Of a stretch of DNA of 64,000 nt, positions 45,961 through 58,430 are shown piece after piece (the first letter of the stretch is position 1; each line of letters begins with the position of its first letter). Origin of the DNA: the human T2T-CHM13v2.0 reference genome, Homo sapiens. Below the pieces are notes generated by a model. The model was given only the letters and a program-made list of their open reading frames with translations, searched no databases and was not told the origin of the DNA. The stretch lies in the NCBI RefSeq assembly GCF_009914755.1, contig NC_060928.1; one strand, 5' to 3'. Both the position numbers and the translations under genes were made by a program.

Positions 45961-46756
45961 AATTACTCATTTTTAAAAATGAATTTAACATGTATTGCTT
46001 TTTATGTTATTTAAACTTAAAATGTGGCCCAAAGGAGATATATATCAAATAATTTAACCGCTTTAGAAGTATACCATTTAAGTGCCTTTTGAAGAAAGAG
46101 ACTGGGGCATAGAATGTCCAATGTCCAATATCCAGAAATGATGACTGAGCTATATTTGCAGCAGTTATGGACTTTGGTTGATGAATCAATCTTTTCGTTA
46201 GAAGTTAAGTGTTTTTCCTTTTCTGACCATGTATTTCTCATTAATAAAGCACAGCTATCTTTTTTTCTTTTTAACCTTTCTAGCTTCATTCCAATAGGAT
46301 AAGTTTTTACTAGTAAGTAGCACCATTTCATAACAAAGGGATGACCGTGTAACTAGTGTATTTTAAAAGTTAGGCCCACTAATATTATAATAAGGAAAGC
46401 CAAAATCTTGCAGAAAGATCTTTTGTAGGTATGACTGTTTAATGAACTGAAATCACTTACTTACAGTTGTCTAAAATTATTCATAGTTTTTAGAGGTGAA
46501 AAAAATACCACTCATAAAATTTCATCTTGTGTACCAGAAAATGTTGGAAGTGTTTTGGTAATATTTAAGAATATTGAAAAATATAAGTAAATCAAAGAGT
46601 TTTAAAAATACTTCTATAAAACTATCTAGTTATATATAATCTGAATAATTCAGATTATTGTTTAAAATCATCTTTAATCCATTTCTAAGTTTGGCAACTT
46701 TTAATTTTTAAGGATGTTAAGAAGAAAACTTCTATTGTCCTATTATCACTGTAGTT

Positions 46757-47058
46757 TGTTTTTATTATTATTTATTTATTTATTTTACTTTTTTGAGACA
46801 GGGTCTCACTCAGTTGCCCAGGCTAGAGTGCAGTGGTGCAGTCACGGGTCAATGCAGCCTTGACCTCCCAGGCTCAAGTGATTCACCTCACAAGTAGCTG
46901 GTATTACAGGTGTGCACCACAACGACTGGCTAATTTTTTATAGAGACGAGGTTTTGCCATGTTGCCCACACTAGTCTTGAACTCCTAAGCTCAAGCAATT
47001 CGCCTGCTTCAGCCTCCCAGAGTGCTGGGATTACATGTGTGAGCCACTGCACCCAGCC
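46757..47058 (-). mobile_element. AluJ with (TTTA)-like tail
   Basis: Alu consensus with internal deletions. Confidence 0.88.
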
Positions 47059-47529
47059 TAATTTTTTTTTTTTTTTAAAGTAAGGGACATTTTAATATTC
47101 TCCCTCGCACTGCCAAAACAGAAAGACAAAAATCTTGGAATGAAGGAGTTATTACGAGGAAATCTTATCCCCAAACAGTTTTGTTTCCGTTAATGTAGTG
47201 TTTTTTTTCCTATGATTCTATATTATATCAGCCTTTCTACTCGCATTTTCCCGCCAGCTGATGTTTGGTAACTGCCATGTTAGATAAGACCACCTTAAGA
47301 GTGTGAAAGGATTTAAGAATCTTCTGGCTGAACTACTTAATGCAGTTTAGTTCTTTTCTATAACCACTAACATTCAGCCTCTACTTTTAAGATTTTTAAA
47401 TTACAATTAGCACAGGTATTTGACACTCATCCTTTACAGAATGAGTGTCAAATTTGTATCCCAGTGCCTGGTACAAAGTAAGAACTTAGTAAATCCTAAC
47501 AGTTATTATTTATTAGAGGAAAAGGTTAA

Positions 47530-48140
<611 letters not shown>

Positions 48141-51100
48141 GAAAAAGGTTAATTATTAAGAAATTCTTGAACTTAGTAAATCCTAACAGTTATTATTTAT
48201 TATAGGAAAGGGCTAATTATTAGGAAACTATTATGGTTAGCTGTAATCTGCCTCTCCATAATTTTAGTTCATGTTTCTAGGTCTCTTAAAGCAACACAAG
48301 TGAATATTAATATTCCATTTTTATATAACTGTGTTTGAGATGTTTACAAAGATCCACCCTTTAATCCTCTTCTTCTGTATTAAATATTACCAGCTTTTTG
48401 TAGCTTTCCTAAACCAGTTACTGCTTGCTGTTGTTTGCATAGGTCCTGTAATACCCTACAGTGCAGATTACAGTAGAATTTTCTGTCTTCTTTGCTCTGG
48501 ACATCATAGGTCTGATCATGTAACCTGAGATTATATTAAGATTTTGGGGATTGTACATTGGCTCAGAGAGAGCTTTTGGCTTGCTCTGTTTTATAGATAA
48601 CCCCTTCTACCTCCCACTCACCTATGAATTGTTCCTTAAGCCTGATTCTCCCCATCCTGTTCTTGTACAAGTGACATTTTGATAATATTCATGTAGGTCT
48701 TTATATTTATTCCTGTAAAATTTAAATTTACTGGTTTTAGCCTACTCTTTTTGCCTATCAAATTATTTAAAACTCTGGATTTTGTCAGTAAAGAAATTAG
48801 GCATCTTTTATAATTACTCACCCATCCTGTGTCTGGTTCCCCATCTTAAACAGTGTGGAATTTAACAGGTTAGTTTTGAAGTTTATGTGGAATCACTTAT
48901 GCATTCATTCTTTGAACAACCACTATGTGTCAAGTACTAGGGATAAAGCACAGTCTGTTGTTGACAATATCAGATAAGTTTTGTGTGGTTCCCCTCATCT
49001 AACTTATAATTCCAGTTTGTGATGCAGTATTTCCTGTTTTTCTTAAATAAAAACAGAGGGATAATTAACAGATCATTGTGCTCATGCAACATATTAATCC
49101 CAAGGGAATATATTACAGTCAAATTAGTAATAAAGATAATATTCTTTTACATATGCCGTGTTAATGTGTGAAATATTAGTGGGGGGGCCTTGTTCTACAG
49201 CCTCGCCCCTAGAAAAAGCATGGAAATAATTCACAACCACTGTTCAAGGACTCCACCTCTGAAACCTTGAGCAGAGGTTTGTAAGTGAAGTCTGGCCTTT
49301 TTAAAAGATAGATTCTAGGGAATGAAGTAAGCTTTGTTAAATCTGCTGCTAAAGTCTGCCCGTTTTTCAAGTAAGTGCATTTTTAAAAGCCCCACATGGG
49401 AATTTCTCATGGACTTACAGGCTTCTTTGTTTTTCTGCATGTCTCCATCTCATGTCATCTTTTAATCTTTCCCTTCTAACATGCTCCATGTGAATGTTTC
49501 TTATAGATAGTTGCCACATAATTTTCGTATATTTCTTATAGATAGTTGCCACATAATTTTTCAATTACAAATCAGATGCCACATAAACAGTTTGCCGTCA
49601 GAAACTTTTTTTTTTTAACATTTCCTTGGAACGTATCTGTGGAGTAAATCATGGTGATCTTTTTGAACTCCCAGTTAGGTTTTTCTGATACTGAACATGA
49701 ACTCAACAGATTCTTTGTGTTTCTAAAGACTGTATTTAGATTCACTTAGATGTTTAGTTAGCATTTCCTATGTGTCAGCCATTGCATTGGTTTCTTTCAC
49801 ATTTTATTTCATAATTAAATTATTCTTAATAATGAACCAGAAGTGCCATTTCACTTTATGAAAGTAGAAAAATGAAATTTTAGCCCAGATTTCCTCTGTG
49901 ACTGCTTTGGGTGGGGTGTGTCAAGGACTTGTGTGAGGTATACCCAAAGATGAAATAGATGACGTGAAAATGTAAGATTGAGTTAAAATATAAAGTTTAT
50001 CAGATAATCAACTTTTCTTTTAAAAGAAAATGCACTATTAATGGGGGATGTATTGGCTTTAGGAAAAGAGAAGTAAAACTTCTGACCATATCTACCATCT
50101 TTTATTTTGCATTGGCTTAGTGCTTAATTAGTTTGATGTACTCATATAGAAAATAGCATTTTAAAATGACATTTTTGGGGGGAACAGTGAAACACTAAAA
50201 ATCCAGTTTGTAAAATTTGTTGTTTTCTCGTATCAAAGAATGACTTCTTTCTGCTATACCCACAAGTTTTCCCCAGCCTCTATGGTTTTTCCTCTGTGGT
50301 AGTGGGGAGAGGGAATATTTAACTATTAAGTGAAGTAAGTGGTATTAAGAAACTTAGAATTCTATTTTGCATTCTTCTATACTACTAACTCTATAATCTT
50401 ATACACTTTATTTTTCTATTAAAGATAAGTACATTATTCTCTTGATTCCCTTGCGTTTTGATGAAGTTTAATTAAATGTTTGTAAAGCACATTGAGATCT
50501 ATGGTTAAACACTGTATATGTTCTAAGTGTGATTAATCATTACTGAGAACAGACCATTTTTCTCAATTTCATAGTAATTAGAAAGTGAATACTTTAGGTG
50601 GAAAAAAAAAGAATATAATGATATTAAATATAGCCTGGAAAGCCTTTGCATTAAGTAGTTTCCTGAACTATATAATCTCCATTTTTTTGGAGTGTTGTTA
50701 CTGATAATTTGGAAGTCATTGGATGTTATTGACAGGGTAGAAAGTTCTTACATGGTTCTTTTTCTTAACAAGATCTAGTTAATGCTACTTGGTAATGGTT
50801 AAGGAATGGGGTAAATATAACCCAAATTAGAGTGAACTTCAAGGTAAGTGTGATTTTTTCTTATTTGTATAAAATCTATAATATGGGTTTCTCCTAAATC
50901 CTTTGTTTATATTTCTTTAGCAGTGTTTGGCGTATTATAACCTGCCATAATTGTGTTTCAACATACAAGATAGTGTGGATAACGAAATTTCTGTATTACA
51001 ATTATGAGTTTTAAGATGTGTAGGTTGTAGGCATGGAGCCAGGCTGAGAGAGAGATCATGCCAAGTCTTAGCACAGAAAAGCATCAGTGCCTAAGGATGT

Positions 51101-51344
51101 GTGATTTTACTTCATCTATAAGGTTTCCCGGTTAGGTTAGTTTCCTTCTTGAGATAAGTCACACATTTTCCAGAGAGAGGCAAGCAATTGGTAACCTACA
51201 TATATAAAGTCAGATACCATCAGCATGGGGGTAATTTGACTTAACCTTGAGAGGAGTGTTTTGGCACATGGATATGTGTTTTGTGGGACACGGGCTAGAT
51301 GGAAGGTGTAGAACTTGATTGTTTAATCCCTGAGTTGCCATTTA

Positions 51345-51815
51345 CTTTTTTTAAATTGTGATAAAATATAAGTAACATTAAAATTTACAATTTTACACAT
51401 TATTAAGTGTAAAAGGCCAGTGGGATTAAATACATTCCCATTGTTTTTGCAACCATTACCGCCATCCATCTCCAGAACTTTTTTGATCTTCCCAAGTTAA
51501 AACTCTGTGCCATCAAACAATAACTCCCCAATCCCTCCTTCCCCCAGCACCTGTCACCCTCCATTCTACTTTGTGCCTACGTGAATTTGACTATTTGACT
51601 ACTCTGGTATCTAGAGTAGAGCATTATATATTATTTGTCCTTTTGTGACTGTCTTATTTCTAGCTTGATGTTTTCAAGTTTTATCCATGGTGTAGCATGT
51701 AATAGAAATTCATTCCTTTTTAAGGCTGAATAATGCATATACCACACTTGTATGAATATCATTCATACATTTTTATCTGTCGATGAACACTTGGGTTGCT
51801 TCTACCGTTTGGCAA
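51345..51815 (-). mobile_element. L1MA/MB 3' end fragment
   Basis: ttttttaaattgtgataaaatata...catccatctccagaacttttt...cacttgggttgcttc. Confidence 0.82.
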
Positions 51816-51934
51816 CAGTTTACTTTTAAGTCGTTAGTTATATCTATTACAGAAAAATATTTGGACTTTTGACAGAAACTAGTCTAGAGGATTAAATGGG
51901 GTCTTTCTAGTGCCCTTTCCCAGTCAGTGGAAGG

Positions 51935-52900
51935 TTCACTCACTCAACAAGAACGTGAGTGCCTACAGTGCTTGGTGCGGTGAACACAGGAGTACACACA
52001 GACAGATATGGCACCAGCCATCATGGAGGTGAGAGTGTAGTGGAGGAAGCAGACAGTAACTGCTTAAATACTCTTGGGACTACATGCAAAATTACAACGG
52101 TAGTAAATGAGTGCTTCAGTGAAGGGATAAACACTAACATGAGATTTCTGAGGGTATTTCACCAGTTTGTTTTTGGGAGTGGAGGTGGCATCAGTCAGGA
52201 AAGGAAGGAAGAAGGAAAGTTTCAGGCAGAGGAAATAACATGTGCAAAGGCCCTTTTGTCTATGAAGGAGGCAAGAGCAGCCCCTGCAACTTGGGAGTGC
52301 AGAGAGTGACCATGAGCATGGTGTAAGTCTGGAAAATGTATAAATCTTGCAGATCATGATAAGAGTTTTGGTCTTTATGCCAGGAGCAGTGGGAAGCCAT
52401 GGAAGTGTTTTGTTTTCATTTGTAAAAGGAGCTTAGTGGATGAGGGCAAAATGATCAGGCTTTAGTTTTTATAAGATATCAGGAGGTGGTATGGTAAATA
52501 GGTTGGGTGGATGGAGTTAGAATCCAGACAGTTCCTTAAGGAGACTTTTGCAGTTCTCAAGGCAAAAAATAATGATTGGAGTGGGATGATAACAGCAAAG
52601 ACAAAGAGAAATCTAAATTTGAGAAAAATTAGAGAATGTAATAAACAGATGTTGTGATGGATTGATCATGGACAGAGATGTTAAGGAAACTCTTAGATGT
52701 AGAAATGGCATAACAGGATCACTATGGTTCATCATGTAAGTATTCCATGGGATGAGGAATGGTGAAAACCAAAACAGATTGTTGAGAGATTTGGTTGGGA
52801 AGTGGAGGAAGAGGAAAATACCTGGTCTGGAGAATGATTCTGTTTTTGTTTTGTTTTTGAGATAGGAGAGACCTGCACATTTAAAAGCTGGTGGGGAGGA
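51935..52900. mobile_element. L2 fragments
   Basis: ttcactcactcaacaa...gagtgcctac, catgtgcaaaggccc, agtgggaagccatggaag. Confidence 0.6.
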
Positions 52901-53799
52901 CTCCGGTTGTGGGGCAGAGGTTAAGCATATGTGGCAAAAGAAGGATAATGGGTAATGTAAGAAAAGGGGTTGGGGGGATGGGGAGAAGGATCCAAAAGAG
53001 TGATGTGGTGGGAATGGTTGCCTTTAGATATGAGGAGAAAGAAGGAAAGAGAATAGGGTGGGTACAGTCTTTGGCAGTAGTCAAGAAACACAAGTCAGCA
53101 AGCACTGACAGTTCCAAAGTCAATTATTAAAAATGCTACATTTTCTGTGTCTATTTTCTATTACATGTGCCATTGATAGATAAACCTGATTGTGAAAAGC
53201 TGACAGTGTTTCAGAATTAAAATGTCCTTATTCTTTGTCAAGTATAATGCAGTCTTTCAAATACCTACATATGTACATGAAATTAAGAGTTTATAATAGA
53301 ATAATGTATCCGCATTTTATTTCAACTCTCTACCTCTGAAGTTTGGTTTGGTTTTTTTAAAAAAAAACCTGGGTAGGTTAATTTTTTATATTATTTGCAA
53401 GGCAATATGTGCATCTGTGTGTGTGTATGTGTGTGTATGGGTGTTTGTGAAAATCACATCATCTAAATGTATACAAAGCTTGTCAAGTATGCATTTTATA
53501 AATTTTTGATAGATACTTGTTTACTATAGCACAGCAATATTTGAGGATGGGATAGAGGTCACATTGATTCCTTTATCTTCACCTTGGTGAAAAAAATCAT
53601 ATTTTAGTTCAAAGCTGTTCAAGTAAGTCCTTGCTCCGTTTTCCCACCCTGTCTTCAGTGATATTATTTGGAGTCAGCAATCAATGGATTCCATCCCTCT
53701 GAGACTTGCTTAACCTACAGCTGCTGATAGAATACAGGCAAGAGCTTGTTACTTTATCTGAATTGTCCATTGCTACCTTAATGAGTGAAATGGTTAAGT

Positions 53800-54934
53800 A
53801 GAGGAGGGGGCGAGTCTTAAGGAATGTGTGTACCATTTGAGCTGAATATTTCAGTGTGTATAGGGAGAGGGAGGGTGAGAGAGAAATCCACTTACATCAC
53901 TAGAACTGCATTGAGTGTGAGCCTTGCAGGTTAAGAGACAGACTACAGTGTCTTGCTTTCTGCAGGAAGCAGCAATGCCGTTTGTTTCCTAAGAGGAATT
54001 TTTTATTTAGAAAAGGAAGCTTTCTATCCAGGAAATGGCTTTCCTTGTGCGTTGCTATGCCAACTGCCTGCAGCCATGGTCCTCCAAAGTAAGCACAATA
54101 ATGTAATTATATTGGTGTATTGCATTCAGACTCATGATTTTTGAGATTGTGTGTGTGCATGTGCTGTGTTTCTGTTAGTGGCTCTCTTGCTAGCAGGCAT
54201 GCTTGTGTTGAGTGTGAGGGACAGACATCATTAAATTAAATGTCCATCAGTGTCATGCTGCCAAGATTAATTGTGCAAACTTGGTTAGTGGAGTGGGACA
54301 GAGATCACTGGTCACCACTCTGTCAGCATCATTAGCAGCTAGGGAGGAGTTCCCGATTCACACGCTCTGCCCTGATTTTTTTCTTTCTTTCATTTTCTTT
54401 TTTTCTCTTGGTTGGAGGGTTCTGTATGTGTGATTGCAGATGAAACAAGGGTATTAACAATGCTTGGCTGAATGCTAGAGCCTGGTTCTTATACCACCCT
54501 GACTAATATAATTCTGTGTTAAGCCTTTTTGAGGGGAGTCTGTGTGCAGTCAGCCATTTTAGCTTTTTTCTTTTTTTTTTTTTTTTCCTCTCCTTTTCTT
54601 TTGCCTCTTGTTCTTCAATCTCAGAAATGATCTTGTTCTCTTGGAAGACTGAGAGCTGTGTGAGGTTTTCTCAGTCTTGTCATAGCCTAGGATGGTTAGA
54701 GTTTCAATGTTATAAAAATGGAGACGAACACTGTTGTTCGGATTCCTTTTCTGGTCTACAAGTGTGAAGGGTTTTTAAGCTTACCAGTAGTGACACTTTA
54801 AGCTGCAGCTTGGTTTTCCCTCCTCCCTTTTTTTTTTTCCTTTTTCTTTTAATTTAATGCTGTAGAGGGTGACTTGCCATCGTGAGAGATTGGTACATGA
54901 TGTGTAAATTCAGTTCAGCATATGTTTCTTCATT
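53800..54934 (+). promoter_or_regulatory. Internal promoter/5'UTR region for the short RAPGEF2 isoforms (non-CpG-island)
   Basis: Repeat-free block surrounding two ATG-bearing first exons, with ETS-like GGAAG motifs. The TSS cannot be placed from sequence alone. Confidence 0.55.
54035..54088 (+). CDS. RAPGEF2: Alternative first coding exon, MAFLVRCYANCLQPWSSK
   Basis: Strong Kozak gaaATGG at 54035 and exactly 18 codons to donor AAA|gtaagc (phase 0, same as the MKPL exon). I recall a similar N-terminus in Rapgef2 isoforms (unverified). Confidence 0.72.
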
Positions 54935-54994
54935 ATGAAACCACTAGCAATCCCAGCTAACCATGGAGTTATGGGCCAGCAGGAGAAACACTCA
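54935..54994 (+). CDS. RAPGEF2: First coding exon of canonical short RAPGEF2 isoform, MKPLAIPANHGVMGQQEKHS
   Basis: The translation matches the recalled N-terminus of human RAPGEF2/PDZ-GEF1. 20 codons, then donor TCA|gtaagt (phase 0). Confidence 0.95.
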
Positions 54995-56507
54995 GTAAGT
55001 ATCGCAAATGCTGCTTGTGCTTTGATAGCACGTCATAGAGAACTGCTTTAAAATGGGAATTGTTGCTCTTTCTCTTCAGGGAAAACAGTTTTTGTAGAAG
55101 GTATAGTAGTCTGCTTGGAGAGGAGGGGAGGGTGCATTAAAGCTGGCTTGTTCTTCCAATGTTGTAATTTTTAAAAATTTGAAGCAAGACCAGCAATTTA
55201 TTTAAAGCAAAATCACTAATACTGAGAAATATTGGGCAGCTAATTTTTATATTTAGAAACTAAAGCTTGACAGTTCAGCTTCGACTTAGTACTTGAATAG
55301 TTTTCAAAAAAATGTTTTTGTAGTTGAATTTAATGAGAAATCATCAGAAAGGTTATTGAGAACGGGAATCTATAGTGAGGAATTCGCATGTAGGTTTGAG
55401 TGTAGGAGGGAGAGCTTTGGTTATTGATTTGGTAATAAAGCGATCAGTGGGACTCATCTGATTTCTTAACATGTATTCATCACTTATGGAAACACAGCTT
55501 TTTTTAATGCCACAAAAAATTATTGCTTCTTTATAATTGATCCCATGAGTCAGCTATGTGTTTGTCATGCTGAAATCCCATGGGCAGCTACCGAGAAAGA
55601 CTTTTCTATGCCTAACACCAAGTCAGAGCCTCCTGTTTCAGGAATGTGAGTTCTCATGGTGCTACTTTTATATCACCATGTTGGGAGTTTTCTGGCATCA
55701 CACAAATTCACATGATTGATACATACATAAATATATTCAATAGTGAAAATGCAAACGCATAAATTTAGACAGCCTGTATAGTAGTCTAAGTATTTTTGAA
55801 ATGCCTACTTCTACATCCTAGCATCTAGCAGGTTATTAAAGTATAGGAATTGTCTTTCATGTATTCTAAAGAAGATAAGATGGTAAACTTTAAAAGTGGA
55901 AATAAGTCGCTGAGGCTTTGTAAGTTTATAGATAGAAGGCCATGAATGTAGAATATTTAGATGCTGAGGTTCATGAGTACAATTTGGTTTTGTTCATTGT
56001 TAGGAACAAAATTACTAACTAAATCCAAGAGATGTTCTTAGACTAAGTGATTCTTTGCGCACTGTCTCACCTCAGGAATGAGCCATGCGAGCTGCGCTTA
56101 AGGCAGCGGCTGTGTTGGAAGCATGTTATGACGCTGCACCGAGAGCCCAGCCCGTTACCATGAGGTCCTCGTGGTACTTCACTAATTAACTCTCTTTGGA
56201 TCAGATCCAGAAAAAGACCAGCCCTAAACTTAATTTCACTAGTAGGAAAGGTTGTTGTAAAGAAGTTCCATTGTAGTTTGATTTTCTTAACGGGGCCTTT
56301 GAAATTAAACTCTTCTGTAGTCATGATTTTCCAGGTAAAAGTAAGAGTGTTAGTTCAGCTATGCTTGAGGAACCTTAGAAACAAAAATTAAACCCCAGGC
56401 TTTTTACTTACCTTTTTCATATGTCTTTTCTTAAAGTGTGTGTATGTTTGTGTGTGGGGGTGTTTAAATGAATAATAATATAAATTTAATGAACAAAGAA
56501 AATTGAT

Positions 56508-56633
56508 GGCTGGGTGTGGTGGCTCACGCCTATAATCCGAGCACTTTGAGAGGCAGAGGTGGAAGGATTGCTTAAGGCCAGAAGTTTGCTACTATGGGCA
56601 ACATAGTGAAATCCATCTCTATTTAAAAAAAGA
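56508..56633 (+). mobile_element. Alu monomer (FLAM-like) with TSD
   Basis: Left arm only plus A tail. TSD aaagaaaattg at 56495-505 and 56634-44. Confidence 0.85.
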
Positions 56634-58214
56634 AAAGAAAATTGTTAAAACCGTTCACTGCCAGGAGGAGGAAAACACATTACTACATTTATGTAAAGGC
56701 CAGTTGGGACAGATATTACCCAATAGTGCCTAAACTAGAGTCCCTGATCTTATTCTGTAAGCCTGTTTGTTTCCTGACAAGTGCCTATATTTTGCTACAA
56801 TTTAGAGTGATATTAGACTAAAGTAACACTAGTGATAAAATAACTTTGGATCAAGCAATTTATAGAAATCTGTGAGTGGTATTGCCCATGACACTTTGGT
56901 TAGAACTTGAAATACTAGAATTTGCCATCTCAAGATGTCACATGCAGCAGAGTTGGCAGCTTACAACATCAAGGTCTGGCTGTATAATTGTTGACTAGTC
57001 CTTTGGTTCTATTGAGTTTGCTGTGTAATAATCAGACCTTTAAAATTTTAATTGTATGTGAGGAGTTGAATAAGAAAATAGTTACTCAGGCTCTCAATAA
57101 GTGACTCAATATAGTTGTTGGGTAAAAATGAGTGAGAAGGCCCCTCTTTCATCCTATGAGGCTTTATAGTGTCAGAGCTAATTTCAAATGAATAGAATTT
57201 ATTAAATTCACAAATACTTCTGTTTTGCTTATTCAAAAAGTTTGTGGGCTTTTAAGTGGCTTTGCTTCTTTGACTGCAGCAGGTAGTGCAGTACTAGAAA
57301 ACAAAAACCATTAAATTTGGGGTGGGGGCATTTTTTTTAGCTATGATTAGGCACAAATAGTAAGCTCAGTTTTTCTACTTTATCAGAACCTTTCAGATCT
57401 CATGGGCTTTATTCTTTATTTGTTGTCTGTCTCATTCAGTGCATACCTCAGTTGCCGGCACATAATAGACGTACGATAAATACCATTGAATTTCTCTTTA
57501 AATTTTTGGATTAATAAAGTCTCAACTTTTTTAACTAGTAATTTTTACATATTTTATTACACCTCCCCCTATTTCCATTTTATGTGGTTGATTGATAATA
57601 CTAAGATGAATACCCATGTGTCACCAGAAATGCACCCAGCACTGGGCTGTGTTTTTATAGTCATGTGGTGCTTTTCAGTTAGTCTTCGGAGGAATCTCAT
57701 GGTTTTGTGAATATAAAAATGTAAAAATCTTGTGATTTCTTTTTAAAATAAGAGGAGGTTGCTAACATTTCAGAAATGTATTATGAGACTGCATTTTTCA
57801 AAAGACTCCTGTAGACCATTAGTTGAATAGACTGTTAATAGATGGTAGATGAAAAAAGTTTTATAGGCTCATTAAGTTAGGGAAATTGTTAGCATTAAAA
57901 GTCTCTTTACTCAATTTACCAACTGTTGTGTTTTTTTAAAGTGGAGCTCTTCTCTCCCCATCTTGCCCAGCTCAGATGCCTTTGAAAATTTCCCAATATA
58001 GGATGGATTTGAAACTTTGTAAATTAAAAAAAGTTTTAAAATAAATTGATTTGGTGCTATCAAACTGATAACATGGTTTTAAATTTTACATTTTTGTAGA
58101 AATTGATTTATGTAGTGTGCTATACTTAAATCACAGCCCAAGTCATGATTAAATAATAATAAAAATGGTAGTACACATAAGAAAGTGCCCTACTTAAATA
58201 TAGGGAATAAATTG

Positions 58215-58430
58215 CAGTAGCTGTAACTTATTGAGTAATGTATTGCATAGCAGACACTATATTACATATTATCTCAATTCTTAAGAAACAGTATTACCTT
58301 TTTACATATGAGAAAACTGAGATTAAAAAGAATTTTTTTCAGGGACATATTACTAGTAAGTGGTAGAGCCATCATTGGTACCCCAGTTTGTCTGATTTTA
58401 TAGCCATTGCCTTAACCACAGACTTGTACT
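58215..58430. mobile_element. MIR
   Basis: ttttacatatgagaaaactgag...ctagtaagtggtagagcc core. Confidence 0.7.
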
